From positions 248,001 to 312,000 of the forward strand of contig NC_088308.1 in the NCBI RefSeq assembly GCF_910592395.1: a DNA stretch of 64,000 nt. Reading direction: 5' to 3'. Of this stretch, positions 1 to 14,200 are shown one piece after another. The DNA is from Lineus longissimus (taxonomy: Eukaryota). A program made the position numbers and the translations under genes. Within the stretch, counting starts at the first letter, position 1, and the number at the start of each line of letters is the position of its first letter. The notes under the pieces are model-generated. The model was given only the letters and a program-made list of their open reading frames with translations, did no database searches and was not told the DNA's origin.

Positions 1-1
1 A

Positions 2-49
2 CCCATGTTGGACATGATGAAACAAATCGAGGAGAAGACAGAGAATTAA
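2..49 (+). CDS. Possible C-terminal fragment of a gene entering from the left edge (PMLDMMKQIEEKTEN*)
   Basis: Frame open from the window edge to TAA at 47-49. It is followed by ~900 bp of T-rich UTR-like sequence and an AATAAA near 971, converging on the GGCX 3' end. Too short to identify. Confidence 0.25.
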   Translation, partial: PMLDMMKQIEEKTEN

Positions 50-2277
50 AGTGGCATGAAACTGCATCAGAGAGGATTGCATAGGACATCACATTGGAGT
101 TCTCGTCATCCACTTAATAAAATCATATTTGTATTTCACTGCATGGGGATGTGCTAATGGCACAGATATGGCCAACTCAACTACTGTTCAGCAAATTTAC
201 TAGTCAGTTAACTATTATTGACCAATCAGCCATGCTCCCTCTTTGGCTGAAATTACTCTGTTGTAATCCTTTAAGAACCTTTATGAAATATGATTGTGTT
301 TTGAGGTCAACGGGCATTGTACATGTTATGATGTTATGTATGGCAATGTACAGGTGACCTACCATGGCCATTGTGTCTGTGTCAATATTTGAGAGCGGTA
401 TGTCAGTTACATTGTAGATACATCAGAAAGTCCATCTGAATCAAGTGATTCCAACATTTTGTTGTGATAATAAGAGATTAATGTTCATGAACTTTTTGAT
501 TTGCCCAAAGCAGAAATTGTGATAAAACTGGCAAATTCCTGCTAACTTGAGATGCAAATAATAGTCTTCCTGGTAGTTGTCTTTTCTCATTTTGATTGTT
601 TACACTTGCCACAAAGATGACATCAATTTGATGTCATCGTCACACATTGTCGATTCTTTACAATTGTGTCTAGTCCGTCATCTAGCTATTAAACTGGTGT
701 GTCGCCATGACGATGTTTGTCAATAGCTGTCTTTGCATTTCATAGGTTCTTTGACCTTCAGATATTACTATGGTTGCGGCCAGACGTGGTTGGTGCTGAA
801 ATCTTACTGTCGAAACCGCATCAGTATGCTGTATTTATAACAGCTGTCATTTCTCATCTTTTATACCAATTGCTGCCTTAACCATTTCTGATTTATCCTA
901 AAGGGATGAGTTTAATTTGTATATGATTATCCACTGCTGTTAATAATCTTCATTGTCATGTCTCTGGAGAAATAAAACCAAATCATTCAATTGATTCTAG
1001 TTTTTTGTCTTTGTTCATACGGCAGACGACCAAGAATCCTGATGGTTTGTTCTTTTCATCAAGGACACTGCACTAAGCCGTCACTAACACTGCCACAGGA
1101 TATTTGTGCTTCCTTGTTTTCCATCAACTCCTGATACAAGCGTTCTGTCTTGAAACAGAATGTTTGGACTAAAGGTTGTATCTTCATTTCTATAGAACTA
1201 ATACGAGCTTAAAGGGTAATGGACCATTCTCAGTTGTTATAGAACTCTGAACGCAAACTTCATGTTGGATACACTCAGGCGTCCCTTGCCACCTGTGATT
1301 AATCCATCCTTTGAAAGACAAATAGCCAGGTTTCCTTGTACCTTTGCCAGGGTAAGTGTGACTGGCCATTTGAACCTGAGAATGGCCATTGTTCGAAAGG
1401 AGTTTCCTCCAGACATTCGCCACAAATGAAACAAACTTGAATTAAACAATATACTGATTTTTATTCCATAGAACATACGTAGTCCACTTTGAGTGACAAC
1501 AATTCATGATAAATACATCTTTAAAATAGAATCTTACAATGTATGGCATTATGGTGAGATTTTCAAATAACTCAAATACCGATACATACTGAATTCAAAT
1601 TCCAACTGAACAATGCTGTTTTGTATCCTGACTGATATACAACCACTGAGATGTGTCTGCACCTCGTTGGACACAATGCACACGAACCAACTGACAAGAT
1701 CTCAACAGTCATGTGAAAACAGGCAACTGACTGAGAGGAAGAACAGTGAACTTGATGATCATGGAGACCCACCAAATCGCTGGTACATACAAGCAAGTCT
1801 TTATCAAGTCTTGATACCAGTGAGTTTAATATCAAATTTTGATTGTTTGCGCTGACCAGAAAAAGTTTTATAAGTACAACAATAACGACACATCACAACA
1901 TCTCGTAAATGTAAACACTGTTGCGAATGTGTCAAAAAGAACTGAGTTTTAAGCGTAGCTGTTCCCACGATGGAAGTGATCTACCTGCTCCTTCCTGTTC
2001 TTTCAACAAAACACCTCAGAATGACTTCACAGTCATCCCACACGGTCACACCTAAAGCTTGGCCATCCGAGGAGCTTAATCTGATTTTGGGCGTATCCTT
2101 CTTTAATTAGGCTAGGACTAAGGTTATCCAACATTACCCATAGATAGTCATAGATATTCCGTGGTGTTCGATTGATTTCCATTACTGGTAACCCAATTGG
2201 TCTCTCGAGGACAAGTCAGATACCAGAATACTTGATGAACGATAGACGATAGTGCCTATCTAAAGCATTACTCTTTG

Positions 2278-5200
2278 TTACAAATCCTCCCTCGATGGCA
2301 GCTCTAATATCGTCTCCACTGCCTCCACTCCAAGCCAATATTGAAAGTTGTCTTTCATTCCGTCAAGATTTGTTGACACGTTCGTTGCCATGATGATTTC
2401 AACCATTGGCTCACCTGAGTAGATGGAGGTCAAGGCCACGTGTGATAATACAAGCCTGAATATAAGAGGTCAAAATTATGCAACAGGAAACTAAAAATAT
2501 AAATGTTATAATGGCCCTGGAAGTGCTGCTCAAAAGTGGATCAGGTCAGGACAACGACACAAGCAGCGTAGATGGAGATCATCTTGATGCCAGATGACAG
2601 AAACAAACATTTCAAACTTACAAAACCCCCTTCTCCAGTTGATCCAGCTAAGGAGGTGAAACTCAAACAAACCACCTGTGAGAATTTCACTTTGACACTT
2701 TCAGCTTTTAGGAAGTCTTCTCCATTTGCCACTTTCATCAAGCAAGAATGGGGGACGTCTGCCTGGGTATCGTCCAATCAGAGGCCTTGTAAGCACCATG
2801 GCTTATGCTTAATGAGCCGAACCAGCATGGTAGCTGTCTTCTGATTGGCCAATGCCTGACTAAAAGCCTCCAATCATTACATGAGGAAAGTGCCGAATGA
2901 TCTACAGACTCCACCTGGTGGTACTCACGAGTGGTGAACTCCAACAAGGAAGTTGACGAGACGATATCGGAACATCTGAAATGCTGTAATACTTTTTCTC
3001 TGCCTCTTATACTCAAGACGCTCCTGATACTTCTGATAGAACGGGTAGAGTTGGTCGTTCAATAAGGTGGCATCTGCAACACACCAAACAATTGACATCA
3101 GAAAACTAGCTATTCAATCTGGAAAGCAGAACGGTAGCTCTACTGAGGCAAGGGGTTCAAAAACAGTAGGCTGTTTGTTGTCTCCTACCTTGGGAAGTAG
3201 ATCCCATAGCAATGGACACTGTTGGTGGACGGATTATACTTCTCACACTGCTGAAAGGGGAGTGGATTTAAGCTGCTCACTGCCGGCGCCTCCCTGACGT
3301 AAGAGGCTTTCAAAAGACTCCCCGGGCCTCCTACTCCAGGTGTGGTACAACCTACTACGCTGACCAGTGTAACAAGCACAATATGGTATGCACAGTCACT
3401 TACAATGATATTGCACATGATCCATAACTCACCTGTCAATTCCTTGGTGCCGTTCTCAGTCGATGCATTCACCTTACTCTCAAATTCAATGAACTTCTTC
3501 TCAAACTTCTGATGGGTTGTGTTGACATAGACGTACATGTAACAGGAGGGAGTTGTGGACACAGTGTGGACGTTATGGAACTGGCCTGCAGGAAGCTGAA
3601 TTAGAGAGAAGGAAGGTGATTATAGTGGGACTGTCTGGTGGAGTTCCAATAGCATGCACCCTATAACTCAGCCTATCAGGTGTATAACCATAGAAACACT
3701 TCATCAAGCAAACTAAGAAGGAGGTTGATGTAACTGTCCACTAACCTTAGTCTCATCCCCTTCTTTCAGTGTGATATTCTTTGTCTTTTTCTTGTCTTGT
3801 AAAACCTCAACGACGACCTCACCCTTCAGCACGCTCAGACTTGTATTTCCAAAGTCGTCTTGGACGTAGTTCTCGAGCATCAAACCTGAGGATAAAGACC
3901 AGTAACAGTAGAGTATACAACCCAACACAGAGAATGATTAGAACCTCCAGTGCTACAGAGGTTTCTCAGGTTGGCTCTTTGGGAAGAGCTGCCCTTAAAG
4001 TCGTTACTCTTACAAGAGGGGGCTACGTGCCCCATGCTCCACTGAAGAGGTTCGCCCAAATCCATTATACCATTTGACGAAGGTAATACAGCCTTTTCCG
4101 GCACTCAAAATGTGACATTCACCCAAGGCAATGGTGGCAGGTTTGTTGACACTGTTAGTCTCGCTAATAGAGAGACCATGTTATTTTATGAGATTTGACA
4201 TGTTTACAATCCTGTTAAACATTGCAATAACTCAATCAATACAAACAAAGAATGACAACGTACCAGGGAAGTCTGCCACGAACACAATATCAGTGTCATT
4301 CGACGTCTTTGATAGTTCTTTTGATATCAAGCGTAGCTTTTCCCTCCAGTCTGAAAGTGACGTCAAGAGTGGGAAGAGCCATCTTGTCTCCTCGAGAGGG
4401 TGCCACTCCGCTGATAGGATATCAACTCTTGGATCAAACATCCTGAAAATGGAATGGTAGAGTTGACTTACACGCTCCTCCTCATCCCAAGGTGGCCTAA
4501 GTTTTTCAACGGTTTGTTTTCGTAGAAATTTTAACGTCATCTGGAGCAACCATCAACCTTCAAATCAGTCACATGACTTCTGCAAGTTCATGTTTCGTGT
4601 AGATGTTATTTTGATCCAAAGTTTCATTCAATCCAAACTAGCCGAAGTGGAGGAATGAGTGAAGGAAGAGGGAGATGACAAACTCTACCTTTGTTGGAAT
4701 CTTTTGTTCATCGACTTCCACACATCGATGTACAGTTCAATGTTGGTGAGGTTGTAATCTCGGAGCCGTTCCTGTACACACACACCATATTGCTTGACCA
4801 TGTCAGCATGAGAGGTCCAGCGGTCACGACGGTAAATCCATGCCTGAAATCATATTTGTAATACTAATTCCTAAATACAGTTCTTGAATGAGCTGTCTTT
4901 GACTATTTTGACCTCAGGGCCTACATGTATTAGGTTGAGAGCTAAGCATCAGATTGGAAAAGACTTAAGTTAATGTGAAGTCTTTTTCATATTGTTATGG
5001 TCAAAGGTACTTTGTTGAACTCAGGAATGTGACCAGATCACATGTCCCAAGAGATAGTGGTGTTACACATTAGGAGAGACCTAACCAATGCTCTTTCACA
5101 GTGTCAATAAAGCCGGTCAACTGTGACACTGGCTGCCCAGGTCTGTGTAACATTACTATTTGTGATCACACTATTACAGTTAAGTGACAACAGGTCAGCC

Positions 5201-8200
5201 AAGTACCTTAGGCCAGATCTGTCTGAAAAACACTTTATGGGGAAATGTGCATCCTCGAGGGAAACATATGATTGCTGTTGGCCATAACTGTCACATCCTA
5301 TTTGAGCCACTAAATGATTGACAGGTTCTATCAAAAGTGTTACTTAATCATTCATGTAGCTCATACAGCAAGGTACTATTGACTTTGTTGTTGTAGTGTG
5401 AAAAAGGATCAGGTTATCGCCCTTTGACAATCAACTAATAACTATTGACTCAATTTTATCATGTCAATATTAACCATATCTGCCATTCATTGATTGCTTC
5501 GGCAACAGACTATCAACTGAAATGAGACTTGAGCCTTTTGTGGTGACGCAGTGCTTGTTATGATAGATCAGCGAAACTGTGTCCACACGCAGTGTAACGG
5601 CACATTAGTATTCTTCATAGTGACGGCTACATTCATCATGTACATCAGTCATACCAGAGGTAAACAGAAGCTTATCGCATTAAAAACGCTACTCCCAAAG
5701 CTAACTGGGCATGTCATCACACGATACTGGCGCTAGCTCGATACTGGCGCTAGCTCGATACTGGCGCTAGCTCTGGCAATAATATGCTCTTCGTGATTTG
5801 ATAACGAACATTTAAATCACAGGAGAATCATCAAATTCAGGCGGACTCTTCATTGCAATGATTGGAATCTGTCGTCTGCAGGTTTCAGCCCTGTTGTGAA
5901 TATGAGTGGAGAAAGACTTATTCATCCTAACTCGAATCTGGAAATGTCATCTGCAGTGTTCAAGGTGAATATGGCCGATGAGACATCTGATCAAGCAAGC
6001 CCTCCTGCTGTTGAAACGGTGGAGGTTAAAACACCTCAGAGATTTGAACTGTCGCTGCCAATCACTAAGCCTGGGATCAATGATGAGGGACATGTGGACA
6101 CTGACGCGGCTGATCTACAGTCAGATGACACTGACAAACCTGGAAGTGATTCAGTGTGTTCTAAAGTAAAGGTGATATGTTCTGTGGAAGATGTTACTGA
6201 CTTTATCAGGAAAGCGTCACCAGAAATGGGAATAGAATTGTCGGGCAGCATCAAGTCAAAGTTTCTGCAGATTTTGTATGAAGATGACGTCACATCTTTG
6301 AGAGAGATATACGGAAATCTCTCGCACCAACATCAAGTTATGTTTCATAGGATGATATTGCAAGGCAATGAGGTGAATGTGTCTTCAAAGGATTGCGACT
6401 ACGTATCTGTCCTACTGAAACAGACCAACTTCAAACTGGCACCGATGTCGGCAGCTTTGTTTGGCTCAAAAGATGTTGTTGAGTTTTACTATGAGAAGTT
6501 TGCTTGCGAGATCTTAGATATTATGGAAAACGGTCATAACCTGATCAATGCGTTAGTTCTCGGCTGCCACATGAAACAACGACCAGAGGAAGTCTACTTG
6601 GAAATGTACACTAACATTTTCAAGTTCTATCAAGATGGGATACGCAGAAAAACACTTTTGTATTTCCAAAGCGGTGAAGGATTACGACCGGTGGAGCTCG
6701 CCACGAAACTTAAACAGTATAAACTCGTGAAGGAAATACTCGACACAGAGCATGTGTACAAGGTGGCAATCATGGAGTATGGACCTCATTTACATATCAC
6801 ATACGACATTTCGGAATATTTTACATCAGGAACTCGCCAGGACAAGTCGCCCCTGAATGACATAGTCAACATTCGTGATGACACTCTGCCTGTCTTGCGG
6901 AACAGCGGACTGCTCCAAGAACCAGTCATTCGGGCGTTTATGAGGTCGATCATTCACAAGAATCGTATCATAGTTGTGCTGTGGATGGCTTTGCGCTTGA
7001 CTCTTGTGGCGTTTGCAATGACACAATCAGCCAGATCAAGCAGTCTATTCCTCGACATCAACTACATCTTACTGACCAAGGACTCACACAAGGTGGCATT
7101 GGATTCTTTGATAAGTAACAATATCTCCAGAACAGCAGATATGAATACCTCTATCTACCAACGTTGGGGGAATGCATCTTTCAATGGTTCGTTAGACAGT
7201 GTTCTCTGCTATCTTTCAACCCTCCTTAAAGACAGACAATCAACTTACCCTAAAAGCACTTTAGGTGATGATCTACTCCTCTCCCTTTGTATCTTCTCGT
7301 TCTTGTATGATGTCATCGAGATGATTGTAGTGTTGGTGAAACGTTTAATGTCAAGACGGAGGGGAGGAACGCCCTCTTTTGGTGAGGAGTCTGGAAGCTT
7401 TGTGGTTAGTAGTCTCTTCTACCGGATCACGTTCTTCATGATGACACTCTCCTACATCATGTTCTTCTGGATTGGATTATTCTTTGTACCAATGGCACAG
7501 GCAAACTTCAACATGGCTCACTCCTTTGCCATCGTTGCATCCACAGCTTATGCGTTGTACAAGATCCTGACCATCTGGTCTCTGCTATACTTCATCCAGC
7601 TCTTCCCAGGATTAGGCATATTCGTGATTGGCTTCCAGAGGATGATGCTGGCCCTGATGCATTTCATCCTCATCTTCGCCTTAATCTTCATCTCGTTTGC
7701 ACTGACCTTCGGCGGAATCTTAAGCCTGGACTGTAACATGCCCCAATTCGCAGACTTTTGGTCGAGTTTGTATTCGTGTGTTCTCTTGATGCTGAATATG
7801 ATTGACCTGAGAACATTTGATGTTCAGATTCAAAGCATCGTCTTTATCCTCCATTTTGTGTTTATAATGATAGTCACCGTTCTGATCATTAACTTCCTGA
7901 TTGCGCTCATGTCCAACAGGTACGCCGAGATGACGGCATATAGTGATATCATCCACAAGCTGTGTTGTCTGGACGTGGCGCTGACAGCAGCCAGCCGAGT
8001 CAACACCATCTGTCCTTGGTACCGGAGGAAACGTAATGAGAAGATGGTCGTCACCAGACCAAGGCCAGATACACACAAATAATCATGACACTCACAAGGC
8101 AATCCAGAGTGACCAGGGACACTAATAGGTAGACTAAAGTGACCAGAGTTTCTAATACAGGACATGGCTTGCTAATCTTGAACATAATGAAAGGCTTAAG

Positions 8201-11200
8201 TCCTCTGCAAGGGGAGTAGCTTAGGCCTGTGAGGGAGAGCTAATTAGCTGAGGTGAACGAATAAAGTAGGAATCTCACCTCAGGATTCAGGAAGCCAACC
8301 TCACCAGTCTCTTTGTTCTTGTATGACACCCTTGTATGCTGTGTCCGCCAGCTATGAACCATCATGTCCCACGAGTAGCCATAGAGACCATTGGTCCAGT
8401 TGTTGTAGCCCTAAAGTAGAAAACATTATGTAACTCTTTCCCTTATATCCCCACAACCAGGAAATACCAACGCTCTGTGCAGATTCTCAACACTGCTGCC
8501 ATCTGTGAATTCTAAACTAATCTACTTACAGTAACCCCTGGGCCCAGTTGTTGACTTGAGACTCGGGGTTCATGTCATCTCCCGCTGTACAGGGCCAAGA
8601 ATCCTTGTCATTTCATGTCAAGGTTACAACCGTCCCGAGTTGGTAGAAAGATGGCGCTAATAGTAGAATTGTACAAACCTTTGTGATAGAATGTGAATAC
8701 GGTAGAATACACTGTGTTGTGACGTAGACGATGATGAGAGCTGACATGAAGCTGTGGTACATCTTGGGATGACTATGGACCAGGACATCGCTGCCAACCT
8801 TGTCTTGGCTGCTACTAGTCTGGTGCTAGCAAGAGAACGATAGAAAGTAAGAGGCAGCACAGAAGCTAACATACCATTGTCGGCAGCATTCTCTACTGGT
8901 TTATATCACTGCAAATTCATGTCAAGCAAACAACGACCCAGATTCTGCACGGACATTGCTAAAAATAGATATTGTTACCTTTTCTTCTGGTTTGATTTCC
9001 TCCTTTGAATACAAGCAATGTGGATTCCTCTGCGGTTCTCCGTCGAGTGGCGTGAATATGCGCAGCCATGTTGGAGCTTTCCTCATGACGCGAGCTGGCC
9101 AATCAGTGTCAGAGAAGATGGGCATTGTGGCGAGCATGGTGTATGGAAACATGCCTGGAAAAAGGGAGAGAAACCCAAGGTCAAATACAACGTAGGGGGG
9201 GGGGGGGGACATACCATTCAGGGGGTGATGCTTGAGAAAAAGAGAGAAGTCGCCTTCTGGATTTAAAATCAATTTCCAGCAAACATTTTTTTATTTCTCC
9301 GCCTCAATGCCCACTCATAGAGGATGTGTGTATGACTGACAGCCATGATGACTTGAATATAGAGTGAGGAAAGGTTTCCCAATCTCACCAATGGAAAACA
9401 TCCTCGAGTTCATCAAATGGAACGAGCCACCGAAGAGGAAAGCTAGTTTCCTCGTCTTGCTGAAGTAGAGGAGGAAGCCTGTGAAGAGGTCGATGGTGAG
9501 GCCACCGAGATGCACCACAAATAGATCAGTGTTTTCTTTCCCTATGAGTGACCTGAAAAGATAAACAAGAAAATGTTATTTTACAACAGTAAACATCTCT
9601 CATAAGGTAAGTCCCTGATGATAAACAACAAGTGATTTGAAAACACCCCTTGAACTTGGAGACAGTGATGACAGAAGAGAGGCCCCACACAGCATACTGC
9701 TTTCCTTCTCTCCAACAAAATCCAATACAGCTGACTTTACAGATAGGAAGATCACTTTTCCAATAATGCCAGTCTAAGCTTGCTTGTTCTCCGCACAGAA
9801 CAAATTTGCCATCGGGTAAGACTATCTTCTACAAATCCTCCATGTTCCCTTGGCCTCTGACTCAACCTCGATGTAAGATTGTGTTTAGGGTTGTCCCTTT
9901 AAGAGGACTGGTATTTAGGGTTGTCCCTTTAAGAGGACTGGTATTTACTAGTATACGCCCTCTAACAGGTTGTACGCTGGCTGCTTGAACGAACACTAAC
10001 TTGGTATTTAACAGTACATTGTTACTGTTCATTGGTGTTAGTTTGCTATGATTAGGCCTATATATAGTGGTAATAGTACTCGTGTTATGTAAGACTACCT
10101 AAGACCTTAGGTCATCCAGTGTTCTGGCTGAAGTTCTTAAAGCCTCAGATGTGTTCCTACTCCAAGAGAACAATAGAAATAATTTCAGATTTACAGATAT
10201 TACTATGGCTTTTTAGATTTTTATGTAACTTAATCTTTTCTCCAATAAATGGCTCCAAGTTCCCCATAGCAATGTTAACAAGTTCCCCATAGCAATGTGA
10301 AAAAGATATCAAAAGAGATTAAATGTTCATCCGTGTCATTCCAACATATCCTTTGGCAATTCGACTTTGTTCTTGTTTTCAATAGTGGCTATCGATCTTG
10401 AAAAGGGAAGGGAATAGGCTTGGTCTCCCAGTTCAATGGGTTGGTTTAGGACTTGCTTTGATTATCATGAAAGAACTGCTGGAGCATGTTACAGCCTCTG
10501 AACAACGTGACCCACTCTGATAGACCAGATCAACATGTGTTTATTGCAGACTTACCTAAACGGCATAAATACCCAGTGCTCAGATAGACTGTGCATCGAG
10601 TAGCCAGTCACCCAGTCAAAGTCCAACTTCTTCAAGCCAGCAATGAAATAGACAATGAAAATCTGAAAAAGACACCACACATTTTTGTCAGAAAAAAAAA
10701 GGAATAACCACGAGGGCAAGTCCTGCGTTCTTCGAATTCGCTCAAGGCACAAAAAGTTGAAAACAAAAGTGCACAGTCCCACATTTCATATTCAGAGACT
10801 TTGGTAGACAATCTGCGAAATATGGCATATGGTGTACACCAACCGTGTAAAAATACAAACTTGATAATGGTTAAAAAGTTAACTCAGAACTTTGAATAAC
10901 AATATCATTTGGATCCAAATGTCAATACTCACTTGGAATCTAAGTAGACCATAGTTCCACGATGGCACATGGGAATTTCTCAACTTTGGCCAAATAAGTC
11001 CATCAATCGACCTGAAAGACGAAAAAATGTGGTGATGAATATTGAAGAAGTGAGATTACACACCCCCAAACAACATCCTGCCTAAACTAATCTGGGATGG
11101 TAAATCATAATTCTTTATTCGATAAAGTTACAAACCATCAGGTTTCCTTGCGGTTAAGTAGGTGGAAGGACTATTCAAGTTTCTAATGGTTGATTGTCAA

Positions 11201-14200
11201 CGTTAGACTGTCAGATAATTACCATGATCTGTTGGCATCAATCAACAGCAGCTGGAGACTGATGAGACCATAGAGATAGGAATGGTTGTTCCACGACACC
11301 TTGTCCAGCAGGAAGATGTACCAGTAGATTGTCATATAGACAAGGCAGCTCAACTTGTACAGGAAGCCAAACATGATGCCAAGGGCACCTGCAATTAGAA
11401 CCAAACTTGCACCTACAGCAGACACCTCTGTTTGCAGGTCAACCTCTACAGGAAGCCAAACATGATGCCAAGGGCACCTGCAATTAGAACCAAACTTGCA
11501 CCTACAGCAGACACCTCTGTTTGCAGGTCAACCTCTACAGGAGGCCAAACATGATGCCAAGGGCACCTGCAATTAGAACCAAACTTGCACCTACAGCGGA
11601 CACCTCTGTTTGCAGGTCAACCTCTACAGGAAGCCAAACATGATGCCAAGGGCACCTGCAATTAGAACCAAACTTGCACCTACAGCGGACACCTCTGTCT
11701 ACAGGAAGCCAAACATGATGCCAAGGGCACCTGCAATTAGAACCAAACTTGCACCTACAGCAGACACCTCTGTTTGCAGGTCAACCTCTACAGGAAGCCA
11801 AACATGATGCCAAGGGCACCTGCAATTAGAACCACACTTGCACCTACAGCGGACACCTCTGTTTGCAGGTCAACCTCTACAGGAGGCCAAACATGATGCC
11901 AAGGGCACCTGCAATTAGAACCAAACTTGTACCTACAGCGGACACCTCTGTTTGCAGGTCAACCTCTACAGGAGGCCAAACATGATGCCAAGGGCACCTG
12001 CAATTAGAACCAAACTTGCACCTACAGCAGACACCTCTGTTTGCAGGTCAACCTCTACAGGAGGCCAAACATGATGCCAAGGGCACCTGCAATTAGAACC
12101 AAACTTGTACCTACAGCGGACACCTCTGTTTGCAGGTCAACCTCTACAGGAGGCCAAACATGATGCCAAGGGCACCTGCAATTAGAACCAAACTTGCACC
12201 TACAGCAGACACCTCTGTTTGCAGGTCAACCTCTACAGGAGGCCAAACATGATGCCAAGGGCACCTGCAATTAGAACCAAACTTGCACCTACAGTGGACA
12301 CCTCTGTTTGCAGGTCAACCTCTACAGGAGGCCAAACATGATGCCAAGGGCACCTGCAATTAGAACCAAACTTGCACCTACAGCGGACACCTCTGTTTGC
12401 AGGTCAACCTCTACAGGAGGCCAAACATGATGCCAAGGGCACCTGCAATTAGAACCAAACTTGCACCTACAGCGGACACCTCTGTTTGCAGGTCAACCTC
12501 TACAGGAAGCCAAACATGATGCCAAGGGCACCTGCAATTAGAACCAAACTTGCACCTACAGTGGACACCTCTGTTTGCAGGTCAACCTCTGCAGGAAGCC
12601 AAACATGATGCCAAGGGCACCTGCAATTAGAACCAAACTTGCACCTACAGTGGACACCTCTGTTTGCAGGTCAACCTCTACAGGAAGCAAAACATGATGC
12701 CAAGGGCACCTGCAATTAGAACCAAACTTGCACCTGCAGCAGACACCTCTGTTTGCAGGTCAACCTCTCAACGACAGTGGTTTATCTCCCAAATTTATGT
12801 CATTTTTACACAATTTGTAAGGAGTAATGGTTCACATTACACTCGCTTTGTTGAATGTCACCTCTTCTTGCGAAAATGATGATATCACTTTATTAAGATC
12901 AGACAGTGAACCAGTTTGCTATTGTAGGTTACGTGTCCTCCACAAATTCAAATATCCTTCCAAGGCCATTTTTTGCAAGCTGTCCTGTTCCTTCAACAAT
13001 CAACCTAGTCTATTTTACAAGAAGATGGCACTGGACTCAACAAAGCCAAAATGGTTGTGAGAAGTTTCTGTATTATCTGGTTTGATCTTAGAGTTAGTTA
13101 CCTGTCACAGACCTTCAATAAGACATGCTAATTAACAAGCTCCAAGCCTTAACGGGTTGACAGGTGTTGGTGTTGGTGTTTTTTATAAAGGTCAATTAGC
13201 AATTCCCACAAGCAAGCCAGCAGCACATTACCCAACCGTGATTTCCTGTTTCCATGGAAATAGACTATTTCGCCGCGAGTTGAGGACAACTAACATGCTG
13301 CTGATTACCTATAATTCATTTATAAGTGGAGCAGAGAATAGGCAACTGGTTTCAGGAAAGACAAATGAGCTTAGCAGTAGAACTAAGAGTATTGAAGACA
13401 CTATATAAAAACATGCTAGTCTAAAAGAGGAGAAACATCGCTGATACTTTGGTACCAGCCAGGATCAATAAAGACTAGAGTTTATCAAGTCTTGGTACCA
13501 GTGAATGAAGGGACTCTCAGTTGTTTTATTTTCGTGATTTGGAAGGCAAAACTTGCTAAAATGCACATGGACATAATAAAGAGAGGGTCTTACCTGCAAG
13601 AAGAGCGAGGTACGCCACAAACATCCATGGAAGAGGCAGCGGGCGCAGGAAGTCAAAGAGAGGAAACTGACACTCGTCAGTCGAACCCCATCGTCGCTCA
13701 GCATGAGGAAAGCCACGCTCTGTGAACACATCAATCACCATCAATAAACCTGCAATATAAAGGTGATTTATAAAACCAACTCTTTGGTGAGAACATCAAA
13801 TGTTGGCCCACATCACTGATATGACGGTTTCCAACAAGGAGACAGATTCAGACCACAATGCTGTTCAATGCCTGTTGATACAGTAGCACACAGAGTGCTA
13901 GGTCACCCTTGGGACAGACAAAAGCTGTCCTCAATAGGGACGTCAAATCCCTATTAAAACAAAATTAGTGTTCTTAACTGAGAGGGTGGTCGGCTTTTAC
14001 AGAGGTGTCCACTGGGAGATACCAAGAGAAAACCACCCAGCCTGTCCCATTCCCTATCAAAGTGACCACTACATGGTTTGTGTGTAGTGTTTTGAATTAG
14101 GCAAATCAAACAAAAACTCAGAAATACTATAACTTTTAAATGAAAGAAACAAACTCACCAAATGCAACTCGAAGTGCTGCAAGATTCGATGGATGCCTTG

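Noticed and set aside
2541..4104. Short coding-looking plus-strand ORFs in the 3' GGCX introns (e.g. 2572-2844, 3781-4077)
   Set aside because: No recognisable domain, and I could not build a consistent splice chain.
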